A stretch of 63,687 bases of DNA, the filler included, from Nemertoderma westbladi (Eukaryota > Animalia > Xenacoelomorpha), in assembly GCA_032718475.1 (NCBI GenBank). It is 4 parts of 4 records of this genome, joined end to end, with 100 filler letters (N's around TTAATTAATTAA, not from the genome) between each part and the next. Parts side by side here need not be neighbours in the genome. Positions count along the whole stretch, not along the records: positions 39,092 to 58,829 come from JAUCBJ010003428.1; positions 58,930 to 63,687 come from JAUCBJ010000074.1; 2 more parts are not named here. One strand, given 5' to 3'. The notes beneath the pieces are model-generated. The model did not search any database. It was not told the DNA's origin and saw only the letters and a program-made list of their open reading frames with translations. Position numbers and translations under genes: made by a program. Within the stretch, counting starts at the first letter, position 1, and the number at the start of each line of letters is the position of its first letter. Below, piece by piece: positions 51,851 through 63,589 of the stretch.

Positions 51851-51914
51851 CGCGTTATACCGCTAATAAATTTATTTTAGTTAACCATAAAAACTTTTGA
51901 AAATTTTAGCACGA

Positions 51915-53450
51915 AAAATGCGAACTCATTTTCATGACTTGTTTAACTGTGTCAACGATGATACCGAACGAGATAAAGTGCTTAAAAGTATCACAACGGT
52001 TAAATTTAAAGGTGCTGATTATACATCTAATTTACAGACATTTGAAGCCCTGCTTAACTTGCAGCCTGGTAAGTCTGTAGGACCCGATGGGTTATGTGCA
52101 GAGCATTTTATTTATGGGTGCAATTCAGATTTATTAAACAGTCTAACTGTGTTGTTTAATTCAATATTCTATCATGGATATTTACCACATAATTTGATAG
52201 AATCTATTTTAATACCGCTAGTTAAAGATAGGTCCCAGGACCTAACGTCCGAGGACAATTATCGTGGCATTGCCATAGCAACGGTAATAAGTAAGGTCCT
52301 TGAAAATGTAATACTTAAGCGTACACTAGACACTCTGACTACGTGTACTGTAGTAACCAGTTTGGCTTCAAACCAAAACTCGGGACTGAGATGTGTGTAT
52401 ACACACTTAAGAATTAATAAATTTTTTATTTAGCAGCTAATAAACCTGTATATGTTTGTATGATGGACTTTAGTAAAGCTTTTGACCGTATTAACCACTT
52501 CGTGCTTTTTCGTAAACTTATTGATCGCGGTGTGCCGCTATTTATAGTTAAGGTTATTTTGTATTGGTATAGGGCTCAGATAATGCGTGTACGTTGGGGG
52601 TCTATATTGTCTGCAGGCTTTACAGTGACAAACGGTACCAAACAGGGTGGTATATTATCACCATTTTTATTCAATATTTATATTTACGATCTGAGTGTTA
52701 TATTAAATAACTCTGATTTAGGTTGTAAACTAAATGATGTTAGAATTAATCATTTGTGTTATGCTGATGATCTTTGCATCCTCAGTAACTCAATTGTTGC
52801 CTACAATCACTTATTAACATTGCGGTTGAATTTGCAAATGCAAATTCTATGCTGTTTAATATTAAGAAAACAAAATGTCTTTATTATTTTCCGAAATACT
52901 CAAAAGTGAGTCAAACTAATGTTTATATTTTATTATTATTGCAATGCATTGTGGCTCAGTCGGCTCTAGACAAATCTCGCGTAGTATATAATAATTGTGC
53001 CCAGATGCTTTTTAACATCCCTTAGGTGACTAATGAAGAGCCAAATAGTATGTCTTTATTTTTTGGCTCCCATAACATTCCGATGTTCATACATGTGCGT
53101 TACAGATCGATTAACAGTCTTTTTACTAGAGTTATTAAAAGTAATAATTGTGTTTTGCATACTGCATACGTTGCATCCCGGAGAAACACAGTCTCACGCC
53201 TATTTATTTTGCCTGTGGGTTAATGATTTGTTGGTTGAACCATGTAGTTCAAAATTAATCATCATAGTATATTATTTACCTATATTACTTTGCCTTATAT
53301 GTTAATTAGTAATTATGTATTTGCCCATTAAATTTTAGGAAACTAGTAAAACTAGGTATTAGTAAAATTGTAATTGAAGACTATAAGGCAAGTTTACAGT
53401 CATTATTGTATTGTAGATCATGGAGATAGACTGTTTTGGCAAATAAAAAT
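51915..53450 (+). pseudogene. 5'-truncated LINE: RT fragment and 3' region
   Basis: GKSVGPDGL, NYRGIAI, QFGFK (frameshifted), DFSKAFDRINH, KQGGILSP, YADD; AATAAA at 53442. Confidence 0.9.
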
Positions 53451-53496
53451 GAGTAATTATTAGGTATTGAATCCAACCGAATACAACAGACAGACT

Positions 53497-54675
53497 ACAC
53501 ATATAGAATAGAATACACAGATAGATAGGAATACACTACTACTACTACTAGGATCGGCATGCTGCATTGCAGCTGCATTTTTAAGAATGCTGTGCCGGCT
53601 TATCGACAAAATTGCACCGCCACAAATCCCTATCACCCATGACATTTGCTAGATCATCCGCATCTTCAAGGGCAGTGTCCTTTAAGATGCGTCTCAAGAA
53701 AGTCATGGGCTGTCCACCATGGTTATTCACTCCATGAGGCTGCCAAAGTACAAGATTATGCACTGACTGGTCCTCACGGCGAAAGCAATGTCCTGCAAAG
53801 CGGAGGCGATTTTGTTCTAGTGTCAAGCTTGGGGGAACCAATGAGACACCTCCAATGTTATATAGTGTCTGGTTGGAGATGTGTGCATTGTACTTGACAC
53901 AATGAACACGGCGTAGCATTCTTGTGAATGTGCCGTCCAGAGATTTGGTGTCCTCAGCAGTTAGAGCCCAGCATGGACTCCCATAGAGGAGTACTGGAAC
54001 TACTGCTGCTCTAAATAACCGGACCTTAAGTTTCCGATTAATTCTCGGTGACTTCCAAATCCTGGAAAGCCTATTCAAGGCTGCCCATGCCTTTCCCTTA
54101 CGTAATAAGAAGAATACACAGATAGAATAGAATACACAGATAGAATAGAATACACAGATAGAATAGAATACACAGATAGAATAGAATACACAGATAGAAT
54201 ACACAGATAGAATAGAATAGAATACACAGATAGAATAGAATAGAATACACAGATAGAATAGAATACACAGATAGAATAGAATAGAATACACAGATAGAAT
54301 AGAATACACAGATAGAATAGAATACACAGATAGAATAGAATACACAGATAGAATAGAATACACATATAGAATAGAATACACAGATAGAATAGAATACACA
54401 TATAGAATAGAATACACAGATAGAATAGAATACACAGATAGAATAGAATACACAGATAGAATAGAAAACACAGATAGAATAGAATACACATATAGAATAG
54501 AATACACAGATAGAATAGAATACACAGATAGAATAGAATACACATATAGAATAGAATACACAGATAGAATAGAATACACAGATAGAATAGAATACACAGA
54601 TAGAATAGAAAACACAGATAGAATAGAATACACATATAGAATAGAATACACAGATAGAATAGAATACACAGATAG
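53497..54675 (+). repeat. 18-bp minisatellite GATAGAATAGAATACACA, split by an RTE insertion
   Basis: Units at 53497-53535 and 54110-54675. Confidence 0.95.
53536..54105 (-). mobile_element. 5'-truncated RTE retrotransposon, 3' end with (TAG)n tail
   Basis: RKGKAWAALNRLSRIWKS..LFRAAVVPVLLYGS..LDGTFTRMLR..RLRFAGHCFR; highly similar to 59946-60600. Confidence 0.92.
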
Positions 54676-55624
54676 ACGGTTTCGGCATAAAGGAAACCAT
54701 AAATTCAAACTTGGTGTTTAATCCCAAATCAATCTAAGTAAAGATATATGGTTTTGGGATTTACTATTATTGGCAGATGTTGAGATAGACGGTTTTGGCA
54801 AAAATATAACTCCTTAGGACTTCATAATTAGGTCTTAAGACTTGGCTAGAAAGATGCGCCTCGTTTTTCTGATTCCAAATATATGCATATGTCATTGTTC
54901 GAAAAAAATTGACTTAGACGGTTTTGGCATGTAAGGGCCGAGTTAAGAACTAGTACAGGGGTTAAATTCCCCTGTAACTATATAGATGAGCATAGTTCAG
55001 TCAATCGAAAGTCATTGGACTAAAGTTTGTATGTACCAAATTTGGGGAAAATCTCACCAATATGGTTGGTTACCTTGTTGCTATGTAAAATCCATGTTGC
55101 TAGGAAAGAAACATGATATGATAAAATGGTGATAATTTTTGGAGTATGGGATTTTTATCATCTATATTATGCCCAAAGGAACTTAGAAAAAATTTTGGCA
55201 CGTTTTTGCTTTTGTCAGAATTTCACTTTTAGTGACAAGCTATAAGAACTCAACTACCCGTATTTGTTTCAACTTCCGTCTTTGACTTAGTTATTTTATT
55301 TTGTAGATTGTAAAATTCTCGATGACTTTAATCTGTTTTTTAGAATTTAATAAAACCCTGCTCCTTACTTAATAAAAAAAAACTATTTCCACGACAATTT
55401 CTAGTCTGTCAATATCCAATTACATTCGTGATGCGCAGTCTTATCGCATTTCAGGGAAAATTGCCACCTTTTACCCCGGAAGTAAAAACATTGATGAAGC
55501 TAATCTTAATTTATTCATCAATATTATAAAATAAATGTTGGGTATATATCTACACTACAGGCTAGTTACACAGCTGGACTTCCTAGAGTACCTACACTTA
55601 CTAAAAACTATAAATATATTAATA

Positions 55625-56050
55625 TCAATGAGCAGCGCGTTTATTGTGCTCCTCGGCCAGTTTCATCTTTTCATTCCTATCGTATTCCCTGCGTTTAATC
55701 CGTTTCGCGCGTTCGTACAACTTGGCGCGGTAAAACGAATCCTCTTCCATGCAATTGGTCCAGATCTCATACTCGGGACGGCAGCTGGCAGCACCGTATG
55801 GGTACCGATCTCGTTGGCACTGCTGTAGCTCCATCCACAGGTTCACGCAATAGTTCCGGTACATAGCGGGTATCTGGGCTCGGTTCATGTCTTGTATGGT
55901 CACCGGTGGTTGTCTGACCTCCCAGTCCTCCGGGAACGGAACCGTCGCGTTTATCGCCGCAACTTCTTTCGGATGAGGGACCAAACCTTTTCGCGCGTCC
56001 GGTGATATGTAATAATTCCACCATTTCATTGTAGTCTCGTAGTTTCCCAT
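55625..56050 (-). CDS. NDUFB7: Complex I accessory subunit B18, intronless
   Basis: N-terminal MG, twin CX9C (CVNLWMELQQC and CRPEYEIWTNC), M..AQIP..YRNYC and a charged C-terminal helix YERAKR. Confidence 0.88.
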   Translation of the reverse strand: MGNYETTMKWWNYYISPDARKGLVPHPKEVAAINATVPFPEDWEVRQPPVTIQDMNRAQIPAMYRNYCVNLWMELQQCQRDRYPYGAASCRPEYEIWTNCMEEDSFYRAKLYERAKRIKRREYDRNEKMKLAEEHNKRAAH

Positions 56051-56824
56051 GATTGGGGTGTTCTGGTGGTAGTTCTGTTGTCACTGCTGTACTGTGTTAG
56101 GCAGTCGAGGGTGGCAGGTGGAGGGCCTAGTCAGCTGGTCAGCTAGTGCCTAGACTTCAGGTCTTAAGCTATCAAAAAGCCAATCTGCCAATTGTGCAAC
56201 ACCAACAGGTAGACAGGCTGATAGGTGATAGGTATGCTAATATCAGGATATTGTCGTATTCAGGTATTGCTGTATTGGGTACCGCACTACCTGACTACCG
56301 ATATACCGGTACCACAAACTATCGACAATTAAGCTTCTTTGTTCTTCCTTAATCTGTAATCCTGTACCGGTAGCTGGGTAGTACATGTAGTACAGTCACA
56401 GTCAGACAGTAGTAATCCAGTAATCTGTTATTTCTGTGTGTGCAGCGCTAGTGTGGTAGCCAAGGCGTAGCCAGGTCAGCAGGTTTCTGAGGTGGTGGTA
56501 GCAGAATGCAGAAGTGGCTACTGCAGTACTGTACTTCAGTAGGCCTACTTATCTGCTTATGTCAGTATGTACACGTTCGTGGGGACTTCGCGCAGCACGT
56601 AGTCGGCAAGCCTTGGCATACGGTTCATATAGAGCAAATGGGGCATGTCTAGTTTGGACCCCATATCCCATGCTATAAATGTATTTATTCGATATACAAT
56701 CATATGTTAATCCGCTAGGTGGTGTCAAATTGTTATTCTGCAATTTCGTACTTACCTGTGCAGCACTGTACAGCAGTACCGTACCGGTAGGCCTATGTCA
56801 TTACTTCTGAGTCTCTAGCGGATC

Positions 56825-57142
56825 CCCAATTAAATGTCTTAACTTTTCAATTTCGTAAAAGATAGACTTCATGATTCTCTACAGGCCACCAAAATTTCAG
56901 CTCAGGAAAATGAGGCCTTCCCGAGAAATTTAACATTTTCTAAAAACCACATAATCTGTCGTAGCTGACGTCAGACTGCATGATTTTTCACCAAACTTTA
57001 CAAACTTTCTAAACTTTCTCTCTACTACTTACCTACTAAGTTTGGTTCAATTCCGATCCAGCGATGCCGAGAAATTCGCGTTCAAACATTTACCAGACAG
57101 ACAGACAGACGGACATGCCCCATTTGCCCTATATGAATGTAG
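56825..57142 (+). mobile_element. Helitron-like non-autonomous element, 3' part
   Basis: ACCAAAATTTCAG and ACTAAGTTTGGTTCAATTCCG subrepeats, a (CAGA)n microsatellite and an end at ...TATATGAATGTAG. Confidence 0.55.
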
Positions 57143-57146
57143 GGTA

Positions 57147-58600
57147 TACGGTGGCCCATAACTGTCACAGGATATAAAAAGGAACGGCAGAAATTAAAAA
57201 GCCACGGCAGAAATTAAAGAAGCTACGGCAGAAATTAAAAAGCTACGGCAGAAATTAAAAAGCCACGGCAGAAATTAAAGAAGCTACGGCAGAAATTAAA
57301 GAAGCTACGGCAGAAATTAAAAAGCCACGGCAGAAATTAAAAAGCCACGGCAGAAATTAAAGAAGCTACGGCAGAAATTAAAAAGCCACGGCAGAAATTA
57401 AAAAGCCACGGCAGAAATTAAAGAAGCTACGGCAGAAATTAAAAAGCCATGATTATTACTATACATAATCATATCATTTCCGTGGGTAACGTAGGCCTAC
57501 TACAACAGTAGTACTACAGTACATTCAGTATAACAATAATGTTAAGTCTTACGCAGACAGTACAACATACAGTATTATTGGCAGACACTGCCCATTGCAG
57601 TACAATATGCCTGGATGTTGTGAACTGATATCATTCTATTTTAATGCTGGGTTTTCGTACAACGATATCATCAATTTTTTGAGTTTATCAGGAATTGAAA
57701 TAAGCTACAGCACGCTTTTACGAAAACTTGCAGATTATGGATTGTCAAGAAGAAATCCCGTAACGCAATATTTGAAAGACGGTGTTTCGGAAAGGATAAT
57801 GGAACTTCTTAATGGACCTGATTCTGCAGGGGGATATCGAACTGTGTGGCATACCCTACAATTGGAGGGCATTAGCATCCCGCGCTCTCTTGTAGAAGAT
57901 CTGCTCAGAACTTTAGATCCCGAAGGTACTAATTTACGAAAGCGTCATAAGTTAAAGCGACGTCACTACTACACACCTGGACCGAACCATAGTTGGCACA
58001 TGGATGGCTATGATAAACTCAAGCCATGGGGTTTTCCCATCCACGGGGCAATCGACGGGTTTAGTCGTAAGGTGTTGTGGTTGAGCGTCTTGAAGTCAAA
58101 TAACTCTCCCGATGCAATTGGTCATTTGTATATGGACTGCGTGCGCTCATATGGTTATCCCTGCAAATTGATAACAGACCTGGGGACTGAAAATGGGATC
58201 GCAGCATCGCTGCAAACATTTCTTAAACAAGACATGGATTCCCATAAATATGTGAGTTCTCCTAGGAATCAACGTATCGAGGCCTGGTGGGCCCAACTAT
58301 CTAAGAACAGATCAATTTGGTGGAGGTATTTTTTTTACAGAAGATACATAGAAGATGAGGGTTCGATAATTCGCAATTATGAAGAAGCGATTGCTTATGA
58401 GATTTCTGAGAATACCGACGATGACCTTCCTAAAAATAAAGGTTCTGAAGTTTCCAAAGTAGATATGAGTCCCGCTGGAATATTAAAATGGTTGACTGGA
58501 CAAAAGCACAAACCAATGAATAATGATAGGTTTATAATCACCGTCTTATTTGATCATGATTGTGATCGTGATCGTGATTGTGATCATGATCAAATCCTGG
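57147..58600 (+). mobile_element. IS3EU-like DNA transposon: left end, subterminal array and internally deleted coding region
   Basis: TACGGTGGCCCATA terminus, 20/21-bp repeats CGGCAGAAATTAAA(A/GA)AGC at 57185-57449, then the transposase ORF. Confidence 0.8.
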
Positions 58601-58680
58601 TAAATAAAATAGAGGTAAGAGGATGTTTCGTAAAAATCATTTACATAAAATATAAAACACCCGCACACATCCTTTATTAA
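57607..58680 (+). CDS. IS3-like integrase-core DDE transposase, C-terminally fused to a HECT-like fragment
   Basis: N-terminal HTH, GYR, WHMDGYDKLKPWGFPIHGAIDGFSR, ITDLGTEN, NQRIEAWW. After about 58335 the sequence changes to SPAGILKWLTGQKHKP..ITVLFDHDC. Confidence 0.8.
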   Translation: MPGCCELISFYFNAGFSYNDIINFLSLSGIEISYSTLLRKLADYGLSRRNPVTQYLKDGVSERIMELLNGPDSAGGYRTVWHTLQLEGISIPRSLVEDLLRTLDPEGTNLRKRHKLKRRHYYTPGPNHSWHMDGYDKLKPWGFPIHGAIDGFSRKVLWLSVLKSNNSPDAIGHLYMDCVRSYGYPCKLITDLGTENGIAASLQTFLKQDMDSHKYVSSPRNQRIEAWWAQLSKNRSIWWRYFFYRRYIEDEGSIIRNYEEAIAYEISENTDDDLPKNKGSEVSKVDMSPAGILKWLTGQKHKPMNNDRFIITVLFDHDCDRDRDCDHDQILVNKIEVRGCFVKIIYIKYKTPAHILY

Positions 58681-58717
58681 AAAACAATCCGCGCAGGGAT
58701 GGGAAGTAAAATATATT

Positions 58718-58829
58718 TGTAAAAGCTTTTGCTGAATTGTCCGGTTATTTTTCCTTATTTTTCCCGTAAAGTACTCTGTAGTTGGTTTACCAGGCATAAA
58801 AAGTACGTATGTTACGTATGTACAATATC
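58718..58829 (+). mobile_element. LTR-like fragment related to 636-876
   Basis: Begins TGTAAAAGC, aligns with 636-707, and runs into the gap. Confidence 0.55.
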
Positions 58830-58929
58830 NNNNNNNNNNNNNNNNNNNNNNNNNNNNNNNNNNNNNNNNNNNNTTAATTAATTAANNNNNNNNNNNNNNN
58901 NNNNNNNNNNNNNNNNNNNNNNNNNNNNN
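58830..58929. other. Assembly gap with synthetic linker
   Basis: 44 N + TTAATTAATTAA + 44 N. Confidence 0.98.
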
Positions 58930-59260
58930 TCGTATATTATACTATGATATCTTTACTCGTATATTATACTATGATATCCTTACTCGTCTATTATACTCTG
59001 ATATCCTTACTCGTATATTATACTATGATATCCTTACTCGTCTATTATACTATGATATCCTTACTCTTCTATTATACTATGATATCCTTACTCGTATATT
59101 ATTCTATGATATCCTTACTCGTCTATTATACTATGATATCCTTACTCGTCTATTGTACTATGATATCCTTACTCGTATATTATACTATGATATCCTTACT
59201 CGTCTATTGTACTATGATATCCTTACACATCTATTTATTATACTATGATATCGTTACACA
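58930..59260 (+). repeat. 27-bp minisatellite CTCGTATATTATACTATGATATCCTTA
   Basis: About 12 units directly after the gap. Confidence 0.95.
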
Positions 59261-59384
59261 TATATTATACTTGCCTCTCTATGTTCACAAATAATCCGAC
59301 TCGTGCTACTACTTTTACTTTTTATACGGCGTCAAAATATTTATTATAGAATATTAAGAAAATAAATAATTAATTGCATTGTAG

Positions 59385-62128
59385 ACTATTGTCCCTGGAA
59401 TGCAAAGAGCAATTATTGCGTCAATGGTTGCCAGTCAGGAGTTTATACCCAATCGGAAGAATTCCTTTGAGATTTATGGAGCTGATTTTATGTTGGGAAC
59501 AGATTACAAGCCATGGCTAATAGAAATCAATCAAAGTCCAGCGATGGGCGCATCATCTAAGGTTAGAATTACACCGGCAAAATATATTCTTTGTTTGCAC
59601 AAAACTACTTATTATGCCCTATTTGTCAGTGTTGATATCAGCTCCCACCAATCGCACTACTACAGTAGTTTAGTAGTACATGGTCGAGCGAGTTTGGACA
59701 GTAGAAATAGGAAATAACATTCGTACAGGCTTCCCAGTGCTCCATGGTTGTCGCCCAATTTATATTATTTTCTCCCAAGTCCAGTTGGTATATATACTTT
59801 GTCATAGCTGGTCGTCCTTAGTTGCAATTCAATTCATTTTATTTTTTTTCAATAACAAACAACACATTCGAAAAGAGTAAGGGGAAGCTATGGACCTTTC
59901 AATACCCTAATGGAACCAAAGCACAACTGGATTACATCCTTATAACTACTAGGATCGGCATGCTGCATTGCAGCTGCATTTTTAAGAATGCTGTGCCGGC
60001 TTGTCGACAAAATTACGCCGCCACAACTCCCTATCACCCATGACATTTGCTAGATCATCCGCATCTTCAAGGCCAGTGTCCTTTAAGATGCGTCTCAAGA
60101 AAGTCATGGGCTGTCCACCATGCTTATTCACTCCATGAGGCTGCCAAAGTACAAGATTATGCACTGGCTGGTCCTCACGGCAAAAGCAATGTCCTGCAAA
60201 GCGGAGGCGATTTTGTTCTAGTGTCAAGCTTGGGGGTACCAATGAGACACCTCCAATGTCATATAGTGTCTGGTTGGAGATGTGTGCATTGTACTTGACA
60301 CAATGAATCCGGCGTAGCATTCTTGTGAATGTGCCATCCAGAGATTTGGTTTTCTCAGCAGTTAGAGCCCAGCATGGACTCCCATAGAGGAGTACTGGAA
60401 CTACTGCTGCTCTAAATAATCGGGCCTTAAGTTTCCGATTAATTCTCTGTGACTTCCAAATCCTGGAAAGCCTTTTCAAGGCTTCCCATGCCTTTCCCTT
60501 ACGTATTCGAAGGTCCTCACCTGACTTCTGGATCCATGATCCCAGGTAACAGAAGTCGTCCACATGCTCAAGCATACCATCCATTGAGCTTATGCTCATC
60601 CGGTCAGAGACTTGCTGTGCTGAGGACTTTTAACTGTCAAATACCAACTGCGCTAAGGGAAAGCTAATCTGCCAAGGCAGTCAGCTCACCTTGTCGCATT
60701 GGGGACCCGAGTGTTACGGTGTTAACTGAGGCTAGTCTCGTGTCTTAGATTCACCAATGGCTTGGTTGGTCGGGGTGGATCATGAGAGTAGCCTCCAACT
60801 CCAGAATCCCTCTCCCCCTCACAATCTGACCTCCCTGGTGACCCGGGGTTTGGGCCAGAAAGGTCATCAGGAAAGGGACTCAAAGAATTGTTTGCCGCTC
60901 TCTCTCCAGTAGGTGGTGAGACAGGCAGCCGGTCAGGAGATAACTGACGCCGGTGAGGCCAATTGTATCCGGTAATTCCACTGGCCTCTAGTGGCCGGAC
61001 CTCCGCATTGCTAATGTAATCCATAGTGGGGGTTGGGGACCCACCATTGGCTGTGCAGCTCATATGCTGGGCTATGCCCTGTACCCCTGCTGCCAGGTGC
61101 AGGTCGCAATGAAGTGAAAGAAGTAAACGAAAAATGTCAACAATGCAATGTTGAGTTTATAGGGTACTGGAAGTTGCCAACCTTCCTTAAATTAATTGGT
61201 TTTAGTAGCATTATTATATCCATTTTACACATATCACATTTATATTCAAATCTAACTCTATAGCAGCCCTTTCGCTTTCCAATTTATTCATTAGAAGTTG
61301 TGCATCTGAAACCATTGTAAATTTTTACATTTCAAAATTTTGAAGTCATTAAATTTCATTATTTGGTTATTGCAGGTCACCGAAAAGCTTTGTAATGCTG
61401 TACTGGAAGATACTGTCAAACTGGTCCTAGACAGACGGTATGACAGAAACGCCAACATAGGTGCATTTGAATTGTGTTATAAACAGCCTATCCTTCAGGT
61501 GCCCCCTTATACCGGTGTTACAATGGCGGTAGAGGGCTGCCGTGTGCGAAGGCCTCCATGGATGGGTCCCACTCCGGGCTCTACCATGCGCAAACCCGAA
61601 CCCAAGCATGAACTTGTTTCTCCACGTCACAAAGTTGATGTATTAGCTAGACTTGGATACGCATCTTCGCTCAATAAAGACAAAGGTGATCTTCATCCAA
61701 TGCAATCCACGGAAACTACGAAACAAGTGAAACTTATGGAAACTTCATCATCGGAAACAAATACTTTATCAGCAAATGAAAAAAATAATTCTACACCATC
61801 CACCAATACTGGTTCATTGAAACAACGGGAACCACTTCCCATATCGAAGTCGTTGTTTGTTGCAAGAAGTACAAAAAGTGCTGATAAAGAGAACGTTGTA
61901 GATGAAATAAACAATAAATCACCGATGGGAAACCAGGAAATACCAAAGCGATTTGTTCAACGAGTAACTAAGCAACGAGATAAACCTACCCCCCGTTGCC
62001 CTACCAAAGTGGTACTGCCACCACCAAAGCGAGTGTCTAGAGATCACAATATCGCTGTCTCTTATACGGAGCGTTCACATGGTATCTGCCGATCCAAGGT
62101 TTGTAACGACAAAGGTTGGCCATACTAA
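59385..62128 (+). CDS. TTLL3: Tubulin glycylase TTLL3/TTLL8-like; 3' exons 59385-59561 and 61376-62128 (partial gene)
   Basis: SFEIYGADFML..KPWLIEINQSPAM, spliced in phase 0 (AAG|gttaga..tgcag|GTC) to VTEKLCNAVLEDTVKLVLDRRYDRNANIGAFELCYKQP. A further phase-1 intron at 62115-62194 is possible. Confidence 0.88.
59946..60600 (-). mobile_element. Second RTE 3' fragment, inside the TTLL intron
   Basis: LEHVDDFCYLGSWI..RKGKAW..RLRFAGHC and a short (TAG)n tail. An opposite-strand endonuclease fragment (WTFQYPNGTKAQLDYIL) lies at about 59850-59945. Confidence 0.92.
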
Positions 62129-62527
62129 TTATAATGATAATATCACGGCGACTTTCTTTATTTTCTGTATCTTCTTCCACATCCACTGGTGTAGCGTACT
62201 CGAGGGCACTAACTGTGACGCACATACAGTATTCAAGGGTATTATTGGACAAAACTACAGTATACACTTGGATAGTAGGGCGGTGCGTTTTTTACTTTGT
62301 TTCGATTTCATTGTTCTACCGGTGCACAAAAGTTGCCAAATGGTAAAAAAATAAGGCAAAAAAAATTTAATTAAATTTCGTCTATATCTTCACGGATCCC
62401 AAGAGGGTTGAAATTTTGGGCCATCGCGATGCACGATAATGAAATTTATAACAATATAACACATTAATGAAATATCAATGACTCAAGAAATAATTTCCTG
62501 CATGCATCAAATGTCATCAAATGGGTC

Positions 62528-63395
62528 CAAACTTAGTTAGATACCAAAATTTTAATTTTTGGATCAAGAGAAGTAGTGCCACAGGCACATGGGCAGAACC
62601 TTACTCTTTGGCGCAAGTAACGATTATTCTCAATTTGGCCAACTTTATTTCTCCTACTGCTTTAATATTATGCTCATTAGAACCGCAATGACCGATTTAG
62701 TTGGGGTAGACACCATCAAAACAAGCAAAGAGCGAATAGTTCTTGAGATATCGCAGAAAATGTGAAGTCCAGCACAAGTCTATATTACCGCCTTGATGCG
62801 ATATGGACAAATATACTAAAAATTATACTTTGAATTATCTCAAGGAATCAAGAATAGACACATCGCAGAAAATGATCAATGTAGTGGGTGTAGACACCTT
62901 CAAAATAAGAGTAGAGTCATTAGTTCTTGAGTTATTTTACAAAATGTCAAGACTATGTCCACCAATTTATTGATACTTGATATTGAGATTGAGTTGACCC
63001 ATTCCACACATTTCGTACAAAAACTATAGTGAACTAATCACTACTCTTTCATTTTGAAGGTGTCTGTATACACTAAATCAATTTTTTGCACTGATGTGTA
63101 TATTTTGATGCCTTAAGATAATTCAAGCTATTATTGTTAGTGTATTTGCCCATATCGCTTCAAGGCGGTAATGTAGACTTGTGCCGGACTTCATTTTGAA
63201 GGTGTCTACCCCCACTAAATCGGTCATTGTGGTTCTAATGAGCATAATATTAATGCAGTAGGAGTACTAAAAGTTGTCCATCACCAAAATTGAGAATAAT
63301 CGTCACTTGCACCAAATGGTAGGTTCTGGCCATGTGCCTTGTGGCACTAGTTCCCTTGATCCAAAATTTAAAATTTTGGTATCTAACTAAGTTTG
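62528..63395. mobile_element. Large foldback element
   Basis: CAAACTTAGTTAGATACCAAAATTTTAA / TTAAAATTTTGGTATCTAACTAAGTTTG, with inverted similarity extending about 400 bp inward. Confidence 0.85.
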
Positions 63396-63551
63396 TTGTT
63401 TTTAACTAATTTTGTACTTGGGGGGGGGGGGGGGGGGGGGTCTTAGTTTTGTACTACGCTTTACTACTACTAATCTTCATCTGTTCCTAATACAATAAAC
63501 AATTCAATCTGTTCCTAATAATTATTTAAGCAGTTGTACTGTCTAAATCGA

Positions 63552-63557
63552 GAGACA

Positions 63558-63589
<32 letters not shown>

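Noticed and set aside
53581-54727. Long hydrophobic ORFs (SILSVY, ICVFYS, LCILFY)
   Set aside because: Minisatellite translation running into an RTE fragment.
58944-59294. MISLLVYYT repeat protein
   Set aside because: Translation of the 27-bp minisatellite.
60640-60730. HDV-like ribozyme at the putative RTE 5' end
   Set aside because: Partial P2-like pairing exists (TCAG/CTGA), but I could not form P3 or place the catalytic C.
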